Origin: Octopus vulgaris
Taxonomy: Eukaryota
Assembly (NCBI GenBank): GCA_951406725.2
Contig: OX597815.1
Span: forward strand, 111,600,001 to 111,664,000
DNA length: 64,000 nucleotides
Reading direction: 5' to 3'
Shown here piece by piece: positions 29,935 through 44,016 of this stretch. A program made the translations under genes and the position numbers. The notes beneath the pieces were generated by a model. The model was given only the letters and a program-made list of their open reading frames with translations. It searched no databases and was not told the DNA's origin. How positions within the stretch are numbered: position 1 is the stretch's first letter; the number at the start of each line of letters is the position of its first letter.

Positions 29935-30390
29935 ATACTCTCCAGCGTCGCCGTGAGCGGTACATCATTTGTACGATGTGGAGAATATACCGCCAATTTT
30001 GCCCAAACGACCTGAACATTAGCTTCAAGGTTCATCCAAGACTGGGACCAGGGACCATACGTCCCCTGCCCAATTCAAGATCACAGCATACATGTACACT
30101 GCAACATAATTTCTTTTCCTCAACAGGCCCTGCCCTATTTAACATTGTCCCGAAAGAGATTAAAGAGGAACAGGATCCTATCAACTTTAAACGGAGTCTG
30201 GATAGATTCCTTCAAGGAATACCAGATAAGCCACCCATAATTGGATACAACTCACCCAACAAAAACTCACTACTTGAATGGACCATAAACAAAACTTGAC
30301 TTAAACAGGATTCAAATAATTATATCAGGTGGTGCTATTAAGTTAGACATGGCCTGGACCAATTATTGGTCGAAACATATCTAAGTTTAT
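29935..30390 (+). pseudogene. 3' end of a CR1/L2-group LINE ORF2 with 3' UTR
   Basis: ORF 29976..30299: NFFSSTGPALFNIVPKEIK...FKRSLDRFLQGIPDKP, a typical C-terminus of this group. Confidence 0.7.
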
Positions 30391-32254
30391 ACCCAGATGC
30401 TGAATTTACAATGCAATAGAAGGAATGCTGAATTTCTCATAATTTAGAGTTATGTTCAACTCTTGGAAATTAAGTCTATATATTTTAAAATGCTTTGATC
30501 GATCTAAAAATAAATATTAATGACGAGGAAGTATGGACAGAAGATAACCTTTCATATTGAGCAAAATGGTTTTGCGTTTTTCGTATATGTGTTATCATCG
30601 AAGATAATGCAATATCGAATATTAATTATGCAATAAACATCATTCTGCAGTTATCAGCTTTTATCTAATATAAGTGCCTTGGTTTCGGGTATGGAGGACA
30701 TTTACAGGGCCATGATGGTCGTCAGTATATATTATATTTTAAATTACAAGCTATAGAACACCGGAAATTGCTATTGACCTCATAGACAGAGTTCGTGACT
30801 ATAAGAATATTAAAATTACCTTATCTCTTACTGAGATAAGGAAAAAACTTTAACAAGTTAAATCAAGAACATATAGATACTTTGAATAAAAAACAATGTA
30901 GTAATGTTTTTAAACAATCCTGTTTGTGCTTCCCGTAAAATAGGAGTGAATTTTATTGGCGTTAGAATTATATTATGTAGATATATTTCACAAAACTTCG
31001 ATGACGAACGCGAGGAAGAATATGTTACTTGCAAAAACCATCTAAATAAATATTTTAATGAAATGTTTAGAAAAATATATCGCAGTGTTGAAAACATTCT
31101 CGAGACTTCATTCATATTTTGGAAAGAAATAGTCAAGCGATTGTGGTTTCTTTTCATTTATTCATTTTACTTTCTGCTTTCATTTTATTTTATTTTTCTT
31201 TTTGTGTGTCATCCTACATTTTATTGACACCTGGAAATGCGTTACTGCAACGCAAGAGAGAGAGAGAGAGATAGAGAGAAAGAGAGAGAGGCTATCTTCC
31301 TGCAGGAGGATGGGTTAATATCTTGTAAAGGTTAAAAAAAACTGTTTGTAGTTTGATGTATTGGATAGATTTTGATGAGGATACTGGCATAGATGGTGGA
31401 GTTGATAATTGCTTGCAAGTGTAGAAAATGTGAAAATAGTGCTATCGTCGACGATGATCTTGACGATGAAAACATAGTTATTTAAGCGAATAATGATGAT
31501 GGTGATGATAGCACTGATTATTTTCGAGGGGGATAAGCTTGCGGATATGTACATTAAGGTAAATTGGATGATGTCGATAATAAAAATGATGATGACCAAT
31601 AAGGCCATAATGATGATTATGATACTGATAACGGTAGTGATCAATATAGTGTTAATTATATAATGCTGCAGGAAAAATGAAAACTTATGAGAGAGGTCTG
31701 ACGTTTATTAATTTATAAATGTTGCCAAATAGTTTTGGTGAAACTAGCGAAAACATTATTATCCTATAATGATTTAAAACTGCAAGCATTTAATGAAATA
31801 CGTTCTTCTCTACGCTATACTCAAAGAAGGTGAACACAATATTCCAACGTTCAAAATTTTCTCTGAGAAACGTTATTAGCCTTATCGATAATGTCGGAAA
31901 TAGTTACTTTTAAATGTGATACGTTGTATTCTATTTAGAAAATTTTTGAATGAAAATGACTGATTTAAACATCACAAAATATTTAACAGTTACATTAACA
32001 TAGAGAAAAAAATATAAAAAAGTGATTATTCCCAATCTTCTAGATGAGTTTCATTATAATGAGATATACATGTATTCAAACATACATAAACCTACATTCG
32101 TACGTACATACACAGTACATACACATACGTGTGTGTGTGTGTCAGTGTTGTGGGGGGGGGTCACTGTGTGTATGTGAGTGTGCGCCAGAGTATGTGTGTG
32201 TCGGCGTTCGTTTATGATTGTATGGTTAAAATGAATCTCTTAGTATCTAGAGAA

Positions 32255-32396
32255 ACTGATATTTATATATTTGTATTTATGCATATATATGTATCAATGT
32301 ATATACATATATGCATACATACATTATATATATATGTGTGTGTGTATGCATATGCACATACGCATATTTATATATCTACATATCTATGTACATATA

Positions 32397-32434
<38 letters not shown>

Positions 32435-32734
32435 TATATACATACATACATACAGACATATATATTTACATATATATATACATATATATTTATATATACG
32501 TATATATACATATATATATATAATATAATATAAATAATATATAAATATATACATACATATATGTACTAATCTACCTATATATATGTATATATATATATGT
32601 AGATTTGTACATATATGTATGTATATATTCATATATTTATATATTATTTATATAATATTATATATATATATGTATATATACGTATATAGAAACATATATG
32701 TATAAATATGTCTGTATGTATGTATGTATGTATG

Positions 32735-32780
<46 letters not shown>

Positions 32781-32810
32781 TATATGTACATATATATATA
32801 CATGCATATG
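32255..32810. repeat. Degenerate (TA)/(TACA) microsatellite block
   Basis: Directly visible. Confidence 0.9.
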
Positions 32811-33691
32811 TGGGTACAAGACATCAAAAAAGACGTGGACAAAATGAGAAAGGAAAACATAAAAACAAAAATCTAAAAAACAAACAGAGAACCGAGACAT
32901 GCAGCATAAAGAACATTCCCTTCTTCAGTTGTCCCTGTTTCATCTACTCCGCGTACTGAAGGTAAGTACAATACGCGACGTCGTTAAAGGAGTCCTTTCC
33001 GCAAAGCAAATTAAATAGAATTTGGGATTTTTCTGGAGGGTGAAAGTGGTAGCAAAAAACAGGACAGTGAGAACAAGAGAGTAAAAACAAACGGTGAAGG
33101 TCTGAAGGTCGATAAGCCTAGACGATGGGAAAGATTATGAACGCTAGAAAGAGGAGCTATGACAAGAGACAGGTAAAATCACGTCTTGTGTTTACGAAGG
33201 AAAACAGATCTCCTTTCGTCACGTGTCAATCAGGAGAGAGTGAAGGTGGACGAGTGAGAGACAGAAAGAGTGGGGAACGGTGAAGGGGAGAGAAGAAGAA
33301 CAGGGAAAGTGTGGAAGAGAAAAACAGAAAGGAAACAGAACAAGAGAGGAGATAGATAGACAGAGAAGAGATAGAAAAGATAGAAAATTATGCATCATAA
33401 TAATTAGGATAAAATAATTAAGAGAATTAAGATAAAACGTACTTCGAAGAGGATTCGTGGTGCTCGATCATATAATATGAATAATATATAAATATATACA
33501 TATATACATACATATATGTACATACCTACATATATATGTACATATACATGCACATATGGGTACAGGGTATCAAAAGAAAAGTGGACACAATGAGAAACGA
33601 AAGCATAAACGAAGAACATAGAAAACGAAAAGCAGTTCTTTTTTTATGATTTTGTTTTCGTTTCTCATTCTGTTCACGTTCCTCTTCCAAG

Positions 33692-33728
<37 letters not shown>

Positions 33729-34018
33729 CACGTGATCACCTGACCGACCAGGCTATCAGGTATTGCTACACATCGCTGGTCACAATGAACTTCGCATTGT
33801 TTTAGCCTTCAAATAACACCACCCCGCTGGCCAAGCGAGCAGGCCAACAGAAGAGTGAGAGAAAGATGTGGAGAAAGAGTACACAACCCCTGCCAGAGCC
33901 TTGTGGAGCTTTAGGTGTTTTCGCTCAACAGACACTCACAACGCCCGATCTGGGAATTGAATCCACGATCCTACGACTGCGAATCCGCTGCCCTATCCAC
34001 TAGGCCATTGCGCCTCCA
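33729..34018 (-). mobile_element. tRNA-derived SINE family D
   Basis: Minus-strand head ggaggcgcaaTGGCCTAGTGGatagggcagcggattcgcagtcgtaggatcgtGGATTCAATTCC (A and B boxes); lies between (TA)n runs. Confidence 0.8.
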
Positions 34019-34953
34019 CATATATATATATATATATACATATACTACTAATATAGGATGAATTTTTTACAGAAAAAAATTCATCAAAAAAGTGGCAGCA
34101 TAAAGGTTAAAACAATTTATAAACAAGGGCAAAAGAAAATTATTTCTATGCTCATCTGCTGATAACAGACATTTAAATCATCAAATTCCACATATTATAT
34201 ACGCACTACAGAAATACGATGTACTCATGACTTTTGCTTCGGCTTTTTTTCCAAGGGTGCATGTAAATATTTCATTTATTTGTTATCGTATTTTCTACTG
34301 AAAGAGGAAAAAATCTATCAGATTAATTCCGAAATTGATTTAATATAGAAATAACGAACTTTTTTTTAAAAAGATCTGTTGACTAGCTTCCCGATTTCGG
34401 GGACGAGAAGGTAACTGGCGAGCGCTGGAAAACATGACCTTAGGGCCTGAATGCAACAGGCGAAAGGATTAGCAGTGACGAAAGTGAAGAGGAGTGGGAG
34501 AGAGAGAGACAGACAGATAGAGGAAGATACGCGGCTAGAGAGAAGGGTGAGGCAGAGAGAGAAAAAGAGAGGGGAAGGCAAAGCAAAGGGAGAGAATTTC
34601 GCGTCATTGTAGTTAACTGTAAAATAAGCTGGAAGGAAAGAGACGGAACGAAGTGAGAATTCGAAAAATCGAAAATTCAAACGAACCCGACGCGAAGCGC
34701 TGTCAGACAATAGTGTAATAAATAAAATATATGCATACATACAAACATATATGTACGTACCGACATCTACATGTATATATACATGCATATATAAATATAT
34801 ATACGTACATATACATATATACATATATATATATGCATATATATATATATATGCATATATATATACATATATATATATATGTGTGTGTATATATATTTAT
34901 ATATGTATATATATATATATATATATATACATATACACACACACACACACACA

Positions 34954-34984
<31 letters not shown>

Positions 34985-35030
34985 CAGCACACAGACACGT
35001 ATATCTGTTATTTGCAAAGGAAGAATTATT

Positions 35031-35480
<450 letters not shown>

Positions 35481-35745
35481 GTAAAAAAAAAAGATAAAAA
35501 ACTGAAAGTACATCGTCGTAAGCAAATTTAAACCCGTAGTAAACACTATTCATAGCGACGAGTGTGCGGAAACGAAACCTGTCGCTACTAAAATAGAAAA
35601 ATGTGAATATAAATAGCCATCCAGTAGATAGACGATGATGGATACTATTGAAAGTATATAAGATTCAAATAGGCGCATTTGTCATGGAAATTAATCATTA
35701 AAAGCGGTATTGGTAGCAATAGAGTCTAATATTCCATGACGTATA

Positions 35746-35802
<57 letters not shown>

Positions 35803-35870
35803 TAGATAGATATGTATATATATACATATATATGTATATATATATATACATATATATGTATCTATATACA

Positions 35871-35936
<66 letters not shown>

Positions 35937-35954
35937 ATTGAATAAATATATTAT

Positions 35955-36340
35955 TGAGGCCTACGCAAAGTTGCAGAGAGTGTATAGAGAGCCGAACATA
36001 AGTGTACGAGTGGTTGAATCATTTCCCATGTACCCGAAACAATGTCGATAGTAATGAATGTTCTGTGATACCCACAACCAGAAGAACTGTGAAAAACCTC
36101 GCAGATGTGCGTGTAGCTGTGAGGAGAAATCATGGAATCACCATCTGTGAGTTATCAGAGGACGTGCAGATTAGTTACGGTTCGGTTCAGTCCACTATCA
36201 CTGAAGATTTTGGTACGAGACGTGTGTCTGCCAAGTTTGTGCCCAAACTGCTTTAAGCTGACTAAAAAGACACTCGTGTTTCAGTTGCACAAGATCTTGA
36301 TTGTGTCAAGAACGAGAAAAACTTCCTGAAATCTTTGTGT
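35955..36340 (+). pseudogene. mariner transposase fragment
   Basis: ORF 36002..36256: VYEW...ITICELSEDVQISYGSVQSTITEDFGTRRVSAKFVPKLL (HTH plus WVPxxL-like motif). Confidence 0.85.
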
Positions 36341-36569
36341 AGCCCTCTGAGAAAGTATTGCCTAGCATTTAGCAAAATGATTAATGCGACGACCATACGT
36401 TTTATACGGTAATTCCAAGCACAACTGTAAGTAGCGGAAATGAGCTAGAACGTTAAAAGGTATGGCGCACGCACACCAGATTCCAAAGTCAATCTGTGAT
36501 AAGTAGCTACACGCTGCGTGCTTTAGCTTCATTACTATGGGACCAGTCCGGATACTTGTTGATCAATCC

Positions 36570-36627
<58 letters not shown>

Positions 36628-36628
<1 letters not shown>

Positions 36629-36801
36629 ACGGGAAGCTTTATGAAAATAAACAAAAGACGAAGGCAGGTGGAATGCATACAAACAATTGTATTAGTATGG
36701 CTCTCAGGAATATAAATAAAACAAGTCTTTTACGTTTCGAGCCTACGCTCTTCAACAGAAAGATTCACAGAAAAGAAACACGAAAAAAATGCGTGCAGAA
36801 G

Positions 36802-36804
<3 letters not shown>
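36628..36804 (-). mobile_element. Family H1 copy 3; HHR at 36726-36763
   Basis: Minus strand: tcttt CTGTTGA a gagc-gtag-gctc GAAA cg TA aaaga; sits inside (TA)n. Confidence 0.8.
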
Positions 36805-36859
<55 letters not shown>

Positions 36860-36863
<4 letters not shown>

Positions 36864-38995
36864 AATAGTAAAGTGTGAAAAAACGACAGAAGGCTTAAAT
36901 GTTAAAAAATATATATATTTGTGTCAAAATGTCTGGAGAATATTGGAAAAATTTTTTTTTCCTTTCCTTAAAATGACATAATTTTAAAATTTTTAAAGAA
37001 ATTACCGGTTTCGCGTGTAGCTTTTCAAATTTCTTGTGACGTTATGTTTATATTGCATGGAATTATCGTTGTTTTTATTTCCAGGAGATTTCTAAATAAG
37101 GGGAGGTAGTGAGTGATTTTTTCCGGTGTAGGGGAGATAATCGCTTAAAAAATTTTTTTCCCATTTCCTTGTTAATTTCTCTGTGTCAGTATGTTCGGAT
37201 GGTTGAGTCTGGGTTTGTACTTTTCAATGAAGAATGTTTCCTTGTTCAGTCTCATTTGTGTTGATGATCCGAAAGCACATTGGTAAAATGGGAAGATTAA
37301 AAATTGTGGCAGTAGTTGCTTTGCGCATTTCTCAATGTGCTCACTAAAAGGTATCATTCTATATTCTGGGAATGGAATCTGTTGTCGATGCAGTGTGCAT
37401 CTGCGCCTGAGTGATAGTCCCGTGGAACCCACGTAGTCTTGGTGGCAGCCCGAGCATTTAATAACATAAATTATGTTTTCAGAGGCACAAGTAAAGTTAG
37501 ATTTGATCTTAAATTTCTGTCCCTCTTTAAAGAAGAATTCTGATCCTTCCAATAGGTTAGGACATGTTGCACAGTTCGATCTACCACATTTTTTTACTTT
37601 TGCATCCGTAATTTTAGAAGACAATTTTGCCTTTGTGAGAATCTTTTTAAGTGATTTAGGCTGTTTGTAGCTTTTAATGATTTGGTGTATGTTTAGAATT
37701 TCCTTTAATTTTGGGTTTTATGAAGTATTGGTAAATTCTGGGTGATGATGGTGAAGGCTTCTTTGTTTCTGGGGTTGTATGTAGATATGTAAGGTAGTAT
37801 TTTCGGGGAAGGTGTGTTGTTGTGTTGAACTTTTCTTAAAGTTTCTATGTTGATTTCTGTTGCACGTCTGATCCCATCCTCTATGAGTTGAGCTGGGTAA
37901 TGTCTGTCAATTAGGGTGTTTTTGAGTTCTTGCAGTCTAAAGTTCCTGGTATTTTGTTCTGACACTATTGTGCATATCCTTCTTGCAAGGTTGAAGGGGA
38001 TGTTTGTTTTAGTGTGTCTTGGGTGGCATGAATTAAAAAGAAGGTATTGTTTGGCGTCTGTGGCTTTGTAAAAAATGTCTGTTTCTATTTTAAGGTTAAT
38101 TTTTTTAATTAGTATATCCAAGAACGGGAGCTCCTTTTGGTTGTATTCCATTGTGAACTGTATATTTGGGTTTATGCTGTTCAATAGGTTTTTAAATTTT
38201 AGGAGTTTATCTATGTTTTCATTCCAGAGAATGAAACAATCGTCTAGGAATCGTTTCCAATTCTCTTTTATGTATTGAGAGAGGGAGTTTCCAAAGATTG
38301 ATAGAGATTCCTGGTAAATGATTATTTCCATGTATCCCATTGTTAGGTTCGCAATGACTGGTGCTGCCCTTGTACCCATAGCAATTCCGGATTTTTGACG
38401 GTAAAATGTATTGTCAAACATGAAGTGGTTATTGTGTAGGATGAATTCAATTGATTTAGTAATGAATTCCTTACTGATCCTTTTTGGTATTTCTTCCGGA
38501 AATTGGTCTAACCAGAATTGTATTGCCTCCAGTCCATAATTATGAGGTATACTGGTATACAAGTTGATTACATCAAATGAAACCAGGATTGTTTCTTCCT
38601 TGGTTTTTTTTGGAAGGTGGTTTAACATATCTAAGTCATCTCTGATATGGCTATCGATATGTTTAAGGAAGGGTTTCAAGAGGATGTCCATAAGTAGACT
38701 TAGTCTGTGTGTTTCACAGGTTGGGCCAGCTACAATGGGTCGTAGTTTTAGGTCCCCCGGATTAGGTGTGTGTATGTATGTCTTTGGTGATTTTTTAATG
38801 GTTTCATTTATAATTTGACTTTTATGAATTTTTGGCAGACCATAGAAAAGGCTAGGTTTGCATTTAAAGTTTGTTAGGAAATCAATCTCTTTGGTTGTCA
38901 GTTCCTTTTCATGGGTTTTAATTAGTGAAGATAGAGTTTTCATTATTTTTTGTGGGGTGTAGTTGGTAATTTTTTCATAATGTAGGTCTTCAATA
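36860..38995 (-). mobile_element. 5'-truncated Penelope-like element (Neptune type): RT, Cys-rich linker, GIY-YIG, 3' UTR
   Basis: ORF 37705..38943: FYGLPKIHK, RPIVAG, SFDVINLYTSIP, GIAMGT, WKRFLDD, LPFLDI. ORF 37172..37624: KCGRSNCATC, IIYVIKC..C...YVGST. One frameshift near 37705. Confidence 0.95.
36996..37035 (-). ncRNA. Minimal hammerhead with U3-A8 core in the Penelope 3' UTR
   Basis: Minus strand: aagaaat TTGAAAA gc-tacac-gc GAAA ccgg TA atttctt; 7-bp stem I and palindromic stem III ACCGGT. Confidence 0.7.
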
Positions 38996-39007
38996 TATTT
39001 ATATATA

Positions 39008-39220
39008 CTCTTTTTACTCTTTTACTTGTTTCAGTCATTTGACTGCGCCCATGCTGGAGCACCGCCTTTAATCGAGCAACTCGACCCCGGGACTTATTCT
39101 TTTTGTAAGCCCAGTACTTATTCTATCGGTCTCTTTTTACCGAACCGCTAAGTGACGGGAACGTAAACACACCAGCATCAGTTGTCAAGCAATGCTAGGG
39201 GAACAAACACAGGCACACAA

Positions 39221-39267
<47 letters not shown>

Positions 39268-39436
39268 CATATATACGACAGGCTTCTTTCAGTTTCCGTC
39301 TACCAAATCCACTCACAAGGCTTTGGTTGGCCCGAGGCTATAGTAGAAGACACTTGCCCAAGATGCCACGCAGTGAGACTGAACCCGGAGCCATGTGGTT
39401 GGTTAGCAAGCTACTTACCACACAGTTACTCCTGCG

Positions 39437-39439
<3 letters not shown>
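39008..39439 (-). mobile_element. SINE family C, complete copy
   Basis: Reverse complement of 35031-35480 with a longer tail. Confidence 0.9.
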
Positions 39440-39493
<54 letters not shown>

Positions 39494-39497
<4 letters not shown>

Positions 39498-39720
39498 GCA
39501 AAGTTTATGAAAATAAACAAAAGACGAGGGCAGGTGGAGTATAAACAAACAAATGTATAAGTATAGCGCTCAGGAATAGAAAAAGTCTTTTACTTTTCGA
39601 GCCTACGCTCTTCGACAGAAAGATACACAGAAAAAAAAAAACAAGGAGAGAAACGAGAGGAAAAAATGCGTGTAGGGGCTAACGATCTATCATGGCGTCC
39701 TGACTTCGGCAGTGGTCAGA
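39494..39720 (-). mobile_element. Family H1 copy 4; HHR at 39586-39623
   Basis: Minus strand: tcttt CTGTCGA a gagc-gtag-gctc GAAA ag TA aaaga. Confidence 0.78.
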
Positions 39721-40251
39721 CGCGAGAGGGACAGTAGGGGAGATAACAGAGTTAAGTGACTTAAAAAATACAGGAAAGTGTGGAGAGTATGAAATGAATG
39801 TAAAGCAATATAATATATGAGAAAAATATGAAAAAAGTAAAGTGAAAACGAAAGAGACAGTTTTACGAACAGTTGAAAAGATTGTAGACGTCGTGGTGTA
39901 TTTCAAGGATTTCACATCAATAACAAAGTCACTTTGATCCGTGTAGGAGAGGTGCAGCCAGAGGGTAGGTGTCCTTAGAGGTAAAAAAATCCAATGGAGA
40001 GGTAGTGTCGTGCATCGTTAACAAGCAATAGATGTCCTCTTAGGTTTAAAATATCGCAGTAAATTCCGCTCGAACGGAATAGCCATGTTGAAGTGGCTAC
40101 AAATATCACTTGTTAGTACAACTATATCGATCATCGCTTAGAGAGATTTTAGAACTAGATTTTAGCTAATAAACAAGCATAGCGAGAAAATTTCTAGGTG
40201 TTGCCACTGTTCGGAATATATATTCGTCCGACACCGCATAGAATAATAATG

Positions 40252-40332
<81 letters not shown>

Positions 40333-40336
<4 letters not shown>

Positions 40337-42694
40337 GATTTACCTGAGATAAAAGAAAAGCTGAAGCAAGATATTCTTGCCAAAGCACAAAGGATCCGCC
40401 GGTACAAGAAACGCCAGCTCTTCTTTGAACAAAACAAAAAGTTCAACTCCAACACCAAAAAGTTCTACCAAGAACTTGGCAAAAATAAAATAGAAATCAC
40501 TGCAGCACCAACGGCAGAAGAAGTGGAAGAATTCTGGAGAGAAATATGGTCGGCGAACGAACAACCCAAAAAAAAGGAGTATCAAAACAACAAACTCAGC
40601 ATCTGAGCAACTTTGGACCCCCTAAAAATTACTGCAGAGGTCACCCAGGCACTGCAAAGACTAAGCAACTGGAAGGCACCTGGGCATGACAAGATCCCCA
40701 ACTTCTGGTTGAAATATCTAACAGGAATGCTCAAAAAGCTGGCTGAAAACTTTAACAACATACTAGCAGAGCCAGAGACAATGCCTGAATGGCTCACGAA
40801 GGGGAAAACCATCTTAATTCCCAAATCAAATGAGACAGCAAAACCAGAAATCTACAGACCAATAACCTGTCTCCCTACAATGTACAAGGCATTTACTGTA
40901 GTGATATCGCAAAGGTTGAACAAGCACCTGGACGAAAACAACCTGTTTCCAGAAGAGCAGAAAGGATGCCGCAAAGGCTCATATGGCTGTAAAGATCAAC
41001 TAATGATTAATAAAGTCATAACTGAAGACAGTCACAGAAAGAAGAAAGGCCTCAGTATGGCCTGGATCGACTACAAAAAGGCGTTTGATAGCATCCCCCA
41101 CACATGGATCCTCGAAACACTAGCCATTAACAAAGTAGCACCAACAATTATAAAATTCATAGGGCACTCTATGAATAAATGGCAAACAGTGCTACAGCTC
41201 CAAGCAAAAGAGGGACTCGTGAAAACCAAAACCATCCCCATTGGAAGAAGAATTTTCCAGGGAGACACGCTCTCTCCACTCCTTTTCTGCTTGGCACTGT
41301 CACCTCTATCTGATATGCTAAATAGAACTGGATGCGGATATAAATGTTACGGCAAAACGATCAGCCACCTTTTATATATGGATGACCTAAAACTATACGC
41401 TGCAAATGACAAACAACTGGAAACACTATTAAAGACAGATCATGGATTTACCAAAGAAATAGATATGAAATTTGGATTAGAAAAATGCGCCAAAGTAACC
41501 ATGAAAAGAGGAAAACTAGTTAAGAGTAGCAACATCACACTAGATAAAACCAATGAAATAAAATAATTAGACCAAAGCAAAACTTACAAATACTTAGGAA
41601 TCCATGATCTAGATAAGACACAACACACAGAAATGAAAGAGATTGTAAAAAAAAGAATATTATAGACGAGTTATATCAATACTAAAAACAGAGCTCAATG
41701 CTTAAAAGAAGATAATAGGTATTAACCCTTTAGCTGTCCCAGTTATAAGTTACAGCTACAATATCCTTAACTGGACACTAACTGAACTGATCAAAATAGA
41801 TAGGGAAACAAGAAAAATAATGACAGAATCAAGGATGCATCAGCCAAAATCTGACATAGAAAGACTATATATACAACGTATAGAAGGTGGTAGAGGCCTT
41901 ATACAGCTGGAAAACTACTATAAAATAACCACCATAGGACTGCAAAAATATCTACTTCACAAGGAAGGAAAACTGATACAAATAGCGGCAAAGCACGAGC
42001 AAAACAAAAAAAACTGTTCTCAGTATTTAAGGAAGCTGACGAATACAAGCAAGAAATCATACCACCTAATAAATATGAAGAAGAAGAAGAAGAAGAAGAA
42101 GAAGAAGAAGAAGAAGAAGAAGAAGAAGAAGAAGAAGAAGAAGAAGAAGAAGAAGAAGAAGAAGAAGAAGATGAAGAAACAACAAAAGCTATGAGACAAA
42201 TGAAATCCAAACTAAAAATAGAACAGCAACAAACCATGATAAAACGATGGCAAGAAAAGCCCCTTCATGGTAAATACAGGACTAAACTAAACGCAAAAGA
42301 AATAGACAAAGAAAAATCCCAGCAATGGTTGAGAAGCTCCGGACTCAAAGCAGAGACAGAGGGATTTTTAATTGCAGCACAAGACCAAAGCCTCCCCACC
42401 AGAAATTACCAAAAACATGTAATGAAAAGAAACATAACAAGTAACTGCAGAATATGTGGAGATGGACAAGAAACAATAAATCACATTATCTCTGGCTGCC
42501 CAGTCCTGGCTAAGAAGGAATATATTCACAGACATGACAGAGTTGGAACCTACATACACTGGAAACTATGCCAACATTATGGAATAACAACAGAAAAAAG
42601 ATGGTATAGGCACACACAGAAAAGCACATACCTAAGGCACATACCTAAGGTGCGCTCGGTAATGAAGTGAAAGTAGGCTATAAAAATAAAACTA

Positions 42695-42753
<59 letters not shown>

Positions 42754-43338
42754 CAGAGTTGGAACTTACATGACAGAGTTGGAACTTACATACATTGGAA
42801 GCTATGCCAACATTATGGAATAACAACAGAAAAAAGATGGTATAGGCACACACCAGAAAAGGTCACAGAGAAAGCAACCATACTCTGGGATATGCCGATA
42901 CACACAGATAGAGAAATTAAGGCCAACAGACCAGATATAGTTGTCAGAGATCATGAAGAAAAAAATGCTTTCTAATTGATGTATCAGTACCGGCAGATGA
43001 CAACGTGTCTCTAAAAGAAATGGAGAAACTCTCAAAATACAAAGACCTGGAAATAGAGGTAACTAGAATGTGGAATCTGAAAACAGAAACAATTCCTATC
43101 ATAGTAGGTGCATTAGGCATGATAAAAAAATATTCAGACAAATACATAACAAAAACACCAGGACTTACAAACACATATAACATACAGAAAATTGCACTAC
43201 TGGGCACTGCACACATCCTACGCAGAACACTTTCCATACAATAACCATCAGAGCATTACAACAAATCACAGCACATACCTAAGGCACACAGAGCTGCGCT
43301 CGGTAATGAAGTGAAAGTAGGCTATAAAAATAAAACTA

Positions 43339-43341
<3 letters not shown>
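40333..43341 (+). mobile_element. 5'-truncated R4/Dong-type LINE with a rearranged, duplicated 3' end, bounded by (TAA)n
   Basis: RT 40613..41566 (NWKAPGHD, YRPITCL, QGDTLSP, YMDD); CCHC and RHD in 42191..42670; REL tail 42900-43244; (TAA)n at 40242-40332, 42698-42750 and 43342-43422. Confidence 0.94.
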
Positions 43342-43408
<67 letters not shown>

Positions 43409-43422
43409 TAATAATAATAATA

Positions 43423-43979
43423 AATGCCATGATGCAGTACCAGACAGTGGCTCTCATGGCTTCTGATCTTAACTGATTGGCAGTGTTATCATGTACATTG
43501 TTTTGTCTTGGTATGAAAGATGGGCTACACCAAATATTCTGCTACATACCACAGATTTGCCGGTCAGTTGTTTGACCTAACCAGTTGAGCATGACCCTTG
43601 GTGGCTGACGTTATGTGCATCTCTGATCACGAGCAGAAAATAGTGGGGGAGCATCATAGCCATGTGTTGAGAGGAATTCTTTGAGGTTTGGATAGTTCAC
43701 CTCTGGGAACATGGGTGTTTCGTTCAACATCCTTAAACAATCCTTATTCAGGGACCTTATTAGCGGGATAGGTTACTCGATCAGAAGAAAATTCTAACTG
43801 GACCCCACCTGCAAGGTCATGTGCTGTTTATCTTGATATGAGATCACCATGTCATGTACATATGGTTGTGATGCATGTGCCTCGTGTACCTTAATCAGAC
43901 GGGTAGTCATGATGGGTATACTGGGCTTTGTATATTCTACCCCAGTATCACTTTGATGGCATGTACTGCTCTCTCACTC

Positions 43980-43980
<1 letters not shown>
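43423..43980. mobile_element. Non-coding ~555-bp element bounded by (TAA)n on both sides
   Basis: Complex, GC-richer sequence between two (TAA)n tracts with no meaningful ORF. Confidence 0.5.

Positions 43981-44016
<36 letters not shown>

Noticed and set aside
30348-30385. gacc-aattatt-ggtc GAAA in a LINE 3' UTR
   Set aside because: No upstream CUGANGA; more likely an ordinary LINE 3' stem-loop.
30858-31644. ORFs 30904..31227 and 31315..31644
   Set aside because: AT-rich or degenerate (GAT)n sequence with no recognisable domain.
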